This document shows, in pieces, positions 35,995-48,900 of a DNA stretch of 64,000 nucleotides. Every line of letters starts with the position of its first letter. Position 1 is the first letter of the stretch. The DNA comes from Bugula neritina (taxonomy: Eukaryota > Animalia > Bryozoa). The position numbers and the translations under genes are program-made. The stretch is taken from positions 2,509,751 to 2,573,750 of the forward strand of contig OZ037773.1 in assembly GCA_964035545.1 (NCBI GenBank), given 5' to 3'. The notes under the pieces were generated by a model. It saw only the letters and a program-made list of their open reading frames with translations. It was not told the origin of the DNA and did not search any database.

Positions 35995-38458
35995 AAATAT
36001 AATGAGTAATATGTCTGAATATTTAACTATATTTTTCTATATATTATATTTTATGTTAGTTTCTAATTCATTGCATACTGAATAGGAATAGGGAATTCAT
36101 CTATTTTCTCAATTAAAGTTCTGTTAGATACTGCAAAAGCATTGGCTAGAAAGAATTTTTAAATAGCAGTTATCTTCTCATATCTTAGAAACATTTGGTA
36201 CAGACAACTCCTACTAAGCCGTTAACTATGTACATCAATGAAAGCAAGGTGGCCCAACTCTTTGGCTGCAAAATTAACTTTAAACTCAACACTGTAATAA
36301 TAATAACTATAATAATAGTAATTATGATAGTAAAATCAGAGAAGATAGGAAAATATCAAGACTCAGCACTAGAGATAACTTGCCTTTGGAAAACATCAAC
36401 AAAAGTCATCCTTGGAGCTTCATATAAGACTGTAGATGGCACTACTTGGAGTAGCTGAAAACAAACAATCACTGATTAAACAGAGAGCCTCACTAGAATC
36501 AGCTCACTTCTTAAGGAAAGTTCTATCAATCCCAGCCTAGTGGAACTAGGCCAAGGTTACACCAGCAACAACCAATAGTAATTGTAATAACAATAGTAAT
36601 TACAAGAATAGCTGTTATGAAATAATTGACAAGTTAAGAAACAATTGCTTACAATTAATTAAATTTATAAGTCTAGTTCCCGGCAAAGAGCAAAGATTTT
36701 ATTGATGGCTTGCAGTTTGCACTGGCGACTTAATTTATTGAGGGAGCAACTCCCATTATAAATGATAGTTAACTGAAGACAGATTTCACCAGGTTTGCCA
36801 TTCAAGTGCTGCACAGTTTTGTCACTCATTAAGGCTTCACTGTATTAATAAAATGTCAGATTAGAAATTTCCTAAGAGAACTGCACGTGTTGATTTTTAT
36901 TTCACACTTGTCGCTGCATGCAGGAAGCATAAAGTTTCCATGGGAACAATAATACTAGTGGACTACAACAATTATCACAACTCATAAAATAAATAAGATA
37001 TTACAAACAACAAACTTCTTAGTTAAGGAATCTGAAGGCTAGGCAAAAACTTCTTTGGAGTACTCAACTTCAGGTTTGTATGGGTCCAAAAGAGCAACTA
37101 GTAATGAGAGTGCAGATTGTAACATAACATTGTTCTAAACTGGGGTCAGGAAGTTTATACCTATTTAAGTTGTAGCAATTCTTATTCTAAAGCTTGTATT
37201 TTTCAAACTTTCAACTATATTTATAAAAAGTTAGTTAGAGGAATATTATTTTCAATTGCAATCCATTGTGCCAGCCCGGATGCTGAGTGACACGAATGCC
37301 TATGTGTAGCACTGATACTGTATGATGGTTGCACATATGCGGACCAGAACTCTACTTATGTCCAATGCCAACAGTTTATTTCTCTCAAAACTCTAACTGT
37401 AACAATTATTTGTACAATAAAGTTTAAGTTGCCTGCACCTTCACCATGAGGAAAATTGAGCTAAAATGACCCAAAAACTACTAGTAAAAAGATATTGTGA
37501 AAGCTTTCACAAACAGTTTTCATCACACAATGCTTTTCCCAAAACTACAACAAAAAGCTCCTGCAACATCCATTACCAAACATTATTGTTCTACAGCAAA
37601 ACTTCCAAGTATTTAATATAATATTCATTCGTCTTTGCATATTTTTACCTGTTTAAAATGTTTCTACGTTGAATTTGGGTTGAAGTAAAGCCAAAGATGC
37701 TTACGAAGGGCAACTCTATAGGAGACACAACTCCAAACAACACTCGCACCTCTAATAATGCAAAGCATTAGTGCTCCAATAGCTATGCAAGTTAGTTGGG
37801 TAATTTAAAAAATTGCTATCATACTACGCCTACATATAAGTGGAGAGATAACTCCAATGAATGATGGTTTTATATTTTGCTCAAATTAGCTGCAAACTTG
37901 TAAAAAACTCTGTATAATCTGAATCATTAGAGAAAGGTCTGAAATTTTGAATAAATATCATTTATTTCCCTCACACTGAAAAGTTATCTTACAAATCCAG
38001 TCTTGAGGTAGAATAGTAAAAGCGTATTTTAAAAAGAGCAAACTTTACTGTACAGATCTCGTACAGTGGTTAATACAATGTGAGAAATAATACCATGTGG
38101 TACCAATAATTATAAAAATATCAACAAGCAGAAATAAAAATACGCATCTGTTATTGCCAACTTGTGGTGCACAGGCACTGGTCCTGTGATGTTAATATTT
38201 AGTAACTGAAACCAAAAGGTAAATAAACCAGTATCCAGGAAAAATAGTAAGTAACAAAAAGCTTGGTTCCAAAGAACTGAGCATAGACTGAGAAGATAAA
38301 ATGTAGGTATTCTGTAATAATATATACAAGAGTTTCAACACATGTAAAATATCTACATAATAAGTGGATCCGAAAAAATACAATCTAGTAACAAAATTAA
38401 TAGCTTCTATGTGAATAATAAACCGATGATTGTCATGGTGGACAAGTGAAGGTAACTC

Positions 38459-38999
38459 CTAAGGTGGCTTGGAAATCTGTAGATTTGAGAGCTGCCGGTC
38501 AGCTTTGTAGTGACCAGACTGGCGGCGACCAGAGCAGCACCAAGAACAAGAGAAGACGTCCAGAAGGGCATTGATTGCTCGCTTACGTCTGCTTCTACAC
38601 TCTGGAATGGCCTTCTTGCCATCCTCTATTGGTTTGCCCGACTCGATGAGAGACCCTTTGCTGCTCTGTGAACTCACTAAACTCTGAGCGTCATATTGGA
38701 CTCGCCGAGGGCTGCCAGGGAAAGTGAGCGAAGAGGAGGGCCGAGACAGGTCGTCTTCAAGAGTGTTGTCCCGGTAATCGGCATATGCATCTCGAGTTGA
38801 CGTCACCGGCTGTGAGAAGATAAGAAAAAAGCATCACAAATCCGTTAACACCCAGACAGAAACGAATTGAATCTCACAATAACTTGCAAGAGGAGAGAGA
38901 GGGGGGGAGACAGAGAGAGAGAGAGACAGAGGGACAGAGGGACAGAGAGACAGAGAGACAGAGAGACAGAGAGACAGAGAGACAGAGAGACAGAGAGAC

Positions 39000-39068
<69 letters not shown>

Positions 39069-42000
39069 GGGGAAGGGGAAAGAGAGGGGGGGGGGGAGAG
39101 AGAGAGAGAGACATAGTAACCACATCTTACCTTTACTGAGAGCTTAGTTGGAGACTTCTCCTGACGGTGAGACTTGGTGAGCGAGCTGGGGGCGTGTGAG
39201 GTGGGGCGGGAACTGAACGTCGACGTTGTAGTAGTGTTAGTCACCGACCCGGAGGTGAAGGTCACGGACGACGTACAAGGTGTTGCCACTATTAGCCGCT
39301 GTGAAGGTGGCAGTTTGTGTACTGGAGCTGCAGGAACTGAGGCTAACCTGAATTCAAACGTAGGCTAATAATAACATAGACAAACCAAGACTTGAGCTCA
39401 TAAAATCACACATCCGCAATACTTTCTCCAGAAGAAGTGAGACACATATTGAACACACAGGGAATAGGGAGGTCATCAGTTTCATTGAGAGAATTTTCAT
39501 TGAACAAAGACACATGATTTGAACTCCTGGAGGCTTAGCCTGACCCTTTAACTAATTTATAATCCAATGTTTATTTTGAGTAGCAGTTACCACATGAACT
39601 GCAAGCAGAGCTGGAAAACCAATTATCTAGTGAAGTAGCTGAACATGTCTGCAGCCCCTATTCTCTGCATACAATTCTATCAGTGGTACTGAACACCGGA
39701 TCACACCACCAGTTATGTAACAATTCAACTGCATGATATTATTTACTTTGCTATTCTACTAACAATGGGAAGAATGAGAAATGAGCAATACTGCTGAATT
39801 ATAAAAAGATAATGTTTGGCCAAGCACAGCACCATCTCCTGCACATCAATACCATCTCCTGCATTACTATTTACATATGGTGACTGCACGTATATTGTCA
39901 ATATTAGAGTTATGCCTCTTGATTTAGGCACCTAAAATAGCCCAACTTCCAACAATTACATGCCTAATTTCTGTATTCACTACCCAACAGCTCATATGTT
40001 TCATACCATCACCTAATAGAACTGAAGACAGGCAAAAGTTTCAGTCTACAGTTACATTTGCTTACAGATCAATGGAGGCTACACCGCCACAAGAGAAAAC
40101 AGATTCACCCTAGTTAGAAACCAACTCGAATATAAGAAATAATAAAATATTCAAGTCTGGACTATAAGTTGAAAGAAGGTACTAAATCCACACCAAGTTT
40201 TAGCATGAACCAAGAGACATAAATGAGTGAAAGAAATAAAGCAAAACCATCATAGCATATGAATAGTAAAACTTATAATTAGGTTTATAGCAGGATCACA
40301 ATAACACCCGAGTAGTGATCACGAACTAAGGCAGTATCTAGCCGCCCCTTCAATGTCTATTGAATGTTAGTAACATGTTGCTAGTTTAACCAGCGGCCTC
40401 TCTGCACAACCGCTCTACCTGCACACAGCTCCGACACCAACTACAGGTCTCATTGAATGCAGCTGGGAGTGTAGAGCCATCTAGTGTGTACATCTATCTA
40501 GATTCTAGTGCATACAGCTACTGTAGTTACAGCAAATGTGGGTAACCTTGTCGAATAATATGAAATGTTGATCTAGGCTTATGACAGCGTAGGAATTGAA
40601 ATTCCAGATAAATACACACAGAGCTGTTTTTACTGTCATTTACAGAACATCTAAGCAATCCTAGGGATACTGAGATGAGAGGCACTGAGTGCTGTTGCAG
40701 TTTATTCATCAACTACTTTGTAACTACTCAGCTGAACTGAAGGCGGGATATATTAAAGGAGAAGGTGGGAGATGTGAAGGAGAAGGTGGGAGATGTGAAA
40801 GGAGAAGGTGGGAGATGGAAAGGAGCTAATCAGGGCACTCAACACTAACACACACTGCAAGAACACCGAGTATGGCATGCTATGCCCCTCTTTATAGCCA
40901 CTAACAGACAACTGGCCACCTGAATATATATATCATTTTCCTAACACCATAGAAGGCAAGATCTAAAAAAGCTCTGAAGTTGATACGTGGGAAGGTGTTT
41001 GTAGCAATAAGAAGTAAGTTGTACTGAAGAAAATTCTGCAGTTACACTGAAGAGTTGCTGGCACGCTGAGCCGAGAGTGTACAGCTACTCAAGTAAAGAG
41101 TAAGAGAGAGTTTGGCCATTGCTGGGGTTAAAGTAAAGTCTTACCTGGGAGGAAGTGAAGGGGTGGACAAGTGAGATGGCGGTCGGTGCGGCTGCTTAGC
41201 AAGTGAGCAAGTTGGGTGTGACCTGCAGACAAAAGAAATCAAAGTGAAATAAGAAAACATGCAACTATCTTCAGTATTATTGGCATCAGGGACAAAAGAA
41301 ATGGGAGAAATTATTACATCTAATGATAATGTAAATAAAAAATGATTGCAAAAATAATCTTATATGAAGCTAAACTCTCTATTACAAACTTATTCCTATA
41401 ATGATTAGTATAATGATCAGTTGCATCACAAGAAGAATATAGCGTATAGTTGAATAAAGTATTTAAACAATATAATATAATACGAGCTGTCACTTGATTT
41501 ATAAAAGTGTCTGAAATAGTCATTAATTTGCAGTAGAAATAATTGAAAGCTCATTATACAAGTGTATTAGCTTGCATCCAGTAGCTTGGGTGCACTTGTT
41601 AGAACGCAGCACCACATTCAAGATATATACATTCTACTAGGAGAGACTTGTGCAACTGAGAGTTACTGGGGAGGGGGGTGACTGCACCTGGAGGGACGGG
41701 TGACGGTGCTCGAGGGTCTTGCAGGTAATCTTGGCGGAGGGAACTCTGGCACACAGTCATCCTCATCCTCCACAGGCACTGGTGGTAACTTCTGCGGTTT
41801 GTATGCTTTCTGTAGACTGGGGGAAGACTTCACATCTATCGGCTCATCTGATTGGCTGTGTGACCTGTCGGTCCGGCCGCGTCTCAAAGGCAGATTCACA
41901 CCGGAGCCGATGGACTGACTACGGAAGAGTGTCAAGTGGTGCGGCTTCTTGGGTAGTTCCGGGGCCGACTCGGTCTGAGCAGAGCACTTCTGAAACACCA

Positions 42001-44375
42001 GAACAGAGGCAACTCAGTACAGAGTAACACCAGTGATGGTACTTTCTTGTCTCAAACTGTCTACACAGAGGTAAAAAGTGTAATCTAAAATACAGAACAC
42101 CCCCCCTCCCCCCAGTGGTGGATGTCTTACCTTATTCAGTGAGTCACCAACTCTACTTGTCTCCACTTCTACTTCAGTCTGCAGTTTTGCTTCAGATTGC
42201 TCTGAAAAGTAAAAAGTACAGACTGATTATTGAACAGCAAAATATTCCAGACAGGGTGCTGCAAGCTAGTTCCATGACTCAGACTAGATGCCTAATGACA
42301 GAGCCTTCAAAACGACAACTACCACTGTGATAAAGAATATGAGAAATACCGGTTTCAGTTTGCAAGGGAGGGTTAGCATCTCTGATATCACACAGCATGT
42401 CCCTGATATCCAGCACGCGGTCTCGGAATCTTGTGGCATTGGTCAGATTAATGAAGGTCAAGCCATGTCGCTCCACCCCTGAGCCAGTAGTGTGAGAGGT
42501 TGGGGTTGACCAGTGGTGGAACAGACCGTTAGCTTCATTGTAGACCAAATCAGCAGTTATCGGACACCTTAGGATCTCCTAGACATGGAGAGTAAATGTA
42601 ATCATTTCAGTGTCTGGGCAGACAACTCAGAGAAACTATCATAATAATGAATGATGACAGTCGCAGTAACCTACAGTTTGAACCCCCGACAAACAAGTAT
42701 AAGCTGGAGAACAAGTATAAGCTGTGTAGCAGGTATAGCACTACTAACCATTCTGTCAAATAGCCGGCAAGCGACAATATAATGCTCCAAGCCTACAAAC
42801 TCAACATTGATGATGGACATCGGGTCTCCATGCTTGCACTTTATGGGGACCCAAAGAGCTGCTTGCTCATCAATCACCATCGGCTGAGCCTTCACCTTCA
42901 CAAAAGCTGGCAGAGCCCTGTAAAAGTGACAAGTATGCCAAACCACATAAACCATGAACCTCCAAATACACAACTTGAAGAAGAGCTTTGTTTCAGTTTT
43001 AAACTTATTAATACTACTTGACTAACTAGTAAATAGTATTGCATAGAAATAGGGTAGTAAGCAAATCCAAATGTATTATAGATTATTATTTAAATATTGG
43101 TATATAATAAGATATGCTTTATACTTAATATTTAGCATTATACTCGAGTAAATCAGATTTACTATTGAAATGACTGGCATGATTGTTTAAGTAGTTTCAA
43201 TGACTCAAATTGAAATTTCAACGAACTATATTTAGCTTCACAATTTATATTCTATCTCAGAATAACAAATACCTTATTATTTAGAGCTCTTGTCATGAAA
43301 CTATCATTATGATTTCAAAATCAGAATCGATATGAAGTCAAAAAAGGTTAGTTTAAACATTATTTTGTAAGTATAAACATTTATTACTAGACTTTGCAGC
43401 TTTAGAGTAAGGTAGCAAAACTGAAGAGTGGGGGTGAACTTTAAAATAAGTTGGTAATTGAAATTAAAACATTAACATTGATATATACAAGTGTTACTGT
43501 TAAACCTGGTAGAACTGGAGGCAAAATTTATAGCAAGAGTCACGTTTAAGATTAATGGTTTGAATTCTTAATATAACTTATACAATTATTCATATTATTT
43601 TACCAATATTTTATATTTTAAATATTGTAATTGCGTTTTGAATTAATGAATGCCATTTTTAAACCAAGTTCAATTTCAAGGTATAAACTCAAAAGCTAAT
43701 CTAAATATGAAAAGTTAACCCAAGGCTAACAGTAACAGTGAGTGTAACCACTAACTATGGATTTTATAGCCTTTCGTCTTTTTTACATTTAGTTTTACAA
43801 CTACTACTAGTACTACTACAACAACTTGAACTAGTCTACTACCACCACAAGTATGTGAGCACTTCTACTTATACCCTATGGCTACTAGTACTAGTAGTAC
43901 ACTAGTACTACTACAGTACTACTACAAGTACAACTTACTAGCTAATATTCATATTGATACTGCAACTAGTGAACTACAACTTGAACTTGCATTACCAAAA
44001 CAACTTAGTATCTAGTACTACTAATAGTAAAATTGATAATATTCATATTGATAGCATCTGCTAGTGCTATGCACTCGCAGACTATCAGACTCAGAGTCAG
44101 TATAACTATGACTATAAGAATCACTATCACTATGACATTGACTATGTTTTTAAATCGAAATTCAGATGCAGTTTCAAAGTGAGTTTTACTGTTTGAATCA
44201 CAATACCAACAGATATTCAATTTTAAACGATTTTAGGTATTTGCTAGATAAATAATTATTATAACCTACTGTGCCATATTATAAAATCGTCCGTTCAATT
44301 TTTAACCATCTTTATCTTCATGGTGATGATCGTCTTGTTCACTTACAATACCCTGACTTGACATGCCGTTCTCAT
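38459..44375 (-). CDS. spred: SPRED-like (Sprouty-related EVH1 domain) protein, ~481 aa
   Basis: Exons 44375-44347, 42917-42749, 42578-42350, 42201-42131, 41989-41688, 41222-41145, 39347-39131, 38809-38459 (TAG), all phase-compatible. EVH1 FVKVKAQPM..LWVP..CRLFDRMEILRC..DLVYNEANGLFHHW..HGLTF..ATRF resembles SPRED (RL.DKMVVLEC..DLIYN..FHHW..FGLTF). Also a KBD-like YADYR and a C-terminal SCSWCC. Confidence 0.78.
38892..39111. repeat. (GA)n/(GACA) microsatellite in a spred intron
   Basis: GAGA/GACAGAGA run. Confidence 0.95.
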
Positions 44376-44595
44376 AGTATCTGGCTTTCCATTCACTTAT
44401 CCACATCCGATTTTTGCACTTGTATGAATGCGCGAAATGCATTCAAGAGTGGTGGCGGCATGAGCAACAAATATTTAAAACATAAAATATTAGAACTAAT
44501 TAAAAAATACATGTAAACTGAAAGGTAAAATTAAATTTTGATGATTACTTCAGAAAACCTTTAAAAAATTTGGATCTACAATGAAAATATTGATG

Positions 44596-44603
44596 ACTTC
44601 CGG
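44596..44603 (-). promoter_or_regulatory. ETS consensus (CCGGAAGT) near the spred 5' end
   Basis: ACTTCCGG on the + strand, ~220 bp upstream of the spred ATG, in a locally CpG-containing segment. Confidence 0.3.
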
Positions 44604-45918
44604 AGCGGATTAACAACTAATAAACATAGCAAATTTTGACATCGCGTGAGGATAACTTACAATGACCGTTTTCTTTTCAGTATGTACCATGATTAAGCAG
44701 TGGAACCTTAGCCGGCTTACGTGCACTAGAAATGTTGAAGTTTTGAAATAATGGATATTATTGATTGTACACTTGTTCTTTCAAGAAATGGGCAATTAGC
44801 CGAATAAGATTTGTTGACAGGACAACAATGTGAACAGATGCAAACACCGAACTTTTTTATTACCAAACCATTTTTTGTCTCAATATGCAATAATTTCACA
44901 GCTATAAGGTAGAAAACACATCTTTGTTACACAATTATAGACTACCAGGCAACTGCAAGTATTGTAGAGCTAGCAAAGTGCAGGGCCATTAATGCAAACT
45001 AAGGCGAATGTAATTATGCAAACGGAAGCTGTAGTGCTCTCTGATTAGTTAGTGTAATAATATTTAAATACAATATATTTACCTAAATATCCACAAATAA
45101 AATCTCCTGAAAAATTTCAAAAGACTGCTGATAAGTTTCACAGCAAAATAAGAATGCAGCATTTTGACATTGGCCAAATGCAACATGTTAATTTAATGCA
45201 AATGTATATAAAAGAAACTGAAAAATAGGTTGAAATTAAAAACACAAGTGCTGAACTTTACTATTGAAAAGTTTGGAAATGATCATAACAACACAAGTAA
45301 TATTGATGGCATTACACAATATACAAAGTTTTACACCTAACTGAATACTTTTGTTCAGTATTTGCTTATTCCAGTATTTACAATTATTTATGATGGTGAC
45401 TATGGGGAGCATGTAAATGCACTGTGGAATAGGTTTAAATTAGAAATTGTGAGAAAAAAAGAGTGCAGTTGACTTCTTCTGAACATATTACAACAAGATA
45501 AAGTGTAAGAAAAATAGTAGTGTCAACATAGGCAAAGAATATGTGTGGGTGGGGAGGGAGGTGATTCTAAGTGATATGTATACATAGTAGTTGTAAAACT
45601 GCTCCAGTAACAAGCCTGTTTCTAAAAATCCAAACATAAACATTATAAAATAATCACAACTCCCAGTGTCTGACTTTGTAAAACTTAGACACTCACGAAA
45701 AACGAGTGAGTAGTACTTATAGCAACAACTTAGAAAAGTAATAAAGATAGCCTGTATATAAGTGTACAATAATATTATATAGATATATTTAAATTCATGA
45801 TAGAACTATACGGAATGTCCGCGACCACAATAATCATCACTAAACAATGCATCATCCCATCAGTAAGAATAGTTGGTGGTAGAAGATCCAGTCTCTTGAT
45901 CTCAGCGTATAAAACTTG

Positions 45919-48900
45919 TTACATCTTCAGCTCAAATTCTTTATTAAAATGGGTAGCCTTAGTGCTAGAGGCTGAAACAGGAGCAGATGGGGTAGTCGAT
46001 GCAAGGAATGGGTTGGTGGAAGAGTTACTGCGTAGAGCCCAGGCCGTGTCGAATGGATTCTGGGGGTTGGCAGCTGGCCCACCAACTAGGCCTGTAGAAG
46101 GCATACTGCCATTCGTCAGACTAATGTTAGTTGATTGCTGATTGGATGTTTGTATTGGTTGCTTGAACTGGTCAGCAGATAGACTGGGATTATGGCTAAA
46201 AGGTTGAGAGAGTGCGGAGGTGGTGGTGGGCCGAGGTCTACAAAATGCAATGTATGGTTACAGAAACAGCACTATTTCCCTCAGTTCAGTTTAAATGAGC
46301 TAAAAGTTGTAACAATGAAGATATCAGAATAAAAGTTGTAGCAGTGCATCAAGGTTCAACTCAATTAAATTTTCACCCAAATTATTTCAATGAACCACAA
46401 ATATTTTTGAGCCGCTGTGTTCAATGTTACAGCAATATGAAGTTGTCTTCTTTGTTGAACATGAGGCAAGGAGATACACCAAAAAAGATCCATAGTAACT
46501 AATTAACTATGATTGGTGATGAAACAACTCCAAATTTCCAATGATCTGATGATTATATACTTGACAAATTTTGAGTAAAAAATATTTTTGTTGTGAAGCT
46601 TTCTTTAACAACAATTTATTTTCATCAGCTATAAGTGCTGTCAGAAATATTTCCTCAATTATAGTTGCATAGATATTGTAGTAGAAAATAAAGATATCTT
46701 CAAATAATTTCGTAAGAGCAGAAATTATTGAATGTTTTTACAAGAAAATAACTAATTTCGCACACCCTTAATTGGCTATGAGAAATTATAGGATCTAATG
46801 CCTTCAAGTATGACAAATGTTACATTTTAAAACAGAGCATATTCAGTGTTAGGATTTAATGATCTAATAAGCAGGGATCAAAAGAAATACAAAGTAGTTC
46901 GTAGAGCATGAAGTTGACACTATGCAACAGGTGACCTAGCATTATGCTGCTAATGTCCCTATACGCAACTCGGAGGCTCTACTCGCCTAATGTGTGGCGA
47001 GACTACAGAAGTAGTTGTAGTTATAGAAGTTGAGAAACTAGATTTTGGTACAGTTGGAGCTTGACCAATGGTTGCCCTGGAGACCGGAGGGTTCGAGGGT
47101 GGAAGCCAGAAGTCGTTTTCCTGAGGAGCTGGAGCAGCCCACGGGTTTGTCTGCTGTATCGGATGAGCGCCATTTGTGGCAGCGACAGTCACGCCTGAGT
47201 GAACACATGGCAGTTTCATATAGAACTATATACAACTGCCGGAAACATATGATACGAAGTAACATACATTCATGCAGTACTAAAGTTACATTGATGCTTA
47301 GATGAGCAATCAAAGTAACCGTTCACTAAAGTTCACTAAATATACATATATATAAATATGTACTGATTATGCATGCATATAAATATATACCGACTATATA
47401 TTATATGTACAGATCTAATGCAAGGCTCATGAGATATTACTGGTAATAAATTTCCACTACGGTGACAAATCAAGACGCACTATGAAATTACCCAGAAATC
47501 AACACTCACCAGCTGCAGGAGACTGAGATAGTGGTGGCTGACTCGCTACTGCATCACTGCTGACATTTTTAGGTTCTTCTGAGTTGAGCCCAGTTAATCC
47601 TTTTGTTAGCTGCTGGCACATCTCTGCTATAGGGTCCCATGCATCGCCTGACGGCTTTTGTGGAGCTGTGTCTGTAAGAGCTGAGGCTAAAGTAGCAGGC
47701 TGGGGTGATTCTATAAAACCACGCAGTCACCATCATTAGGAGTTGCCTGTCTTATGTGTATTGAGAAGTAAACTGCAACTACTGATGAATAAAGCCCATA
47801 AGGTTGAGAAAAAGATAATAATTAAGATGCGCAAAGAAAAGCCTTTATATTGATGGAACTGGCCCATTATAAAATCCCAGTAGAAGACAGACAGAGATTA
47901 AGTTTACATAATGTAATAGACAAGTAGATAAGCTGCTAGATAACCGCGGCAGCTGCGCTAGCTGCCAAAATTCTGACCTAATTCTTCGTCTCCCTCAATA
48001 ATGGGTACATTTTCTCCAACAGGTTTGTCAAAGTCAGCTTGCTGCCTTGACAGGTTGCTAGGCAACTCGTTTAGTCTGAGAGAGAGGTTTCGCTTAAATG
48101 GGGAGTTTTGACTGAAACAAAAAATCATTGCATGAACTGCTGTACACATACATTGTAGTTAATGTTGAAGCTCTACGTATAATGTATTTATGCTCCAGGA
48201 TTTTGCAACAACTTCTAATTCACGCAACTCGAATTGCAAGAATTAACGATACAATGTTAAACCAAAATACTGGCAGAGTGAAAGGTGTGGTTGATTTCCT
48301 GTCACCTTCCATGCAACCCACCGTGTACACCGAGACACAGCTTAGTCCAGCCAACCTGTTAGGAGAGTGAGTGTGTGGTATGACTCATAAGTTAGTAACG
48401 AGATGGGCTGCACCAGTAAACTCATGACACAAAATCTTTTATTATTTCGAAAACACAAAAACTTATGGCCTAATCATTTACAGAAACAGAACTGTTTAAA
48501 TCAAGCATCAGCGCAAATTTTGGGCGCCATTTGCATTTAATATCATATCATATGTGACAGCGAGCTGAAAGCGATGTTAAAGTTCCAATGAGTTAAGGTG
48601 CACCCCACAAGTATGTTTCTTGCAATAGCATAGAACACTGCGGCTTATGACTACATCTAACTGAGTAAACAGGTTGAATGGCTGAAAAAGTCTTCCAGCA
48701 GTTGGTGTTATGCTTACTTTTACAGCTGCTGTTTAATACAGCATGGTGGTTATTGTAAAAACGAACAACATAAAACATAAACCAGTTGCTAAGTCAGCAA
48801 GCCTCTACTGTTATGAAACAGTCGAGTGCCATCACTTGGAGTGAGATGATGTCATGGGGAGATGATATTCCCTTAGTGCTGGAAGACTTTCATATCAGCA

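Noticed and set aside
38407-38622. Alternative-frame hydrophobic ORF over the spred 3' end as a frameshifted SPR domain
   Set aside because: It contains no cysteines and has no SPR similarity.
44860-45918. Musashi-binding elements (G/A)U1-3AGU in the numb 3' UTR
   Set aside because: About five matches, which is not clearly above chance in AT-rich sequence.
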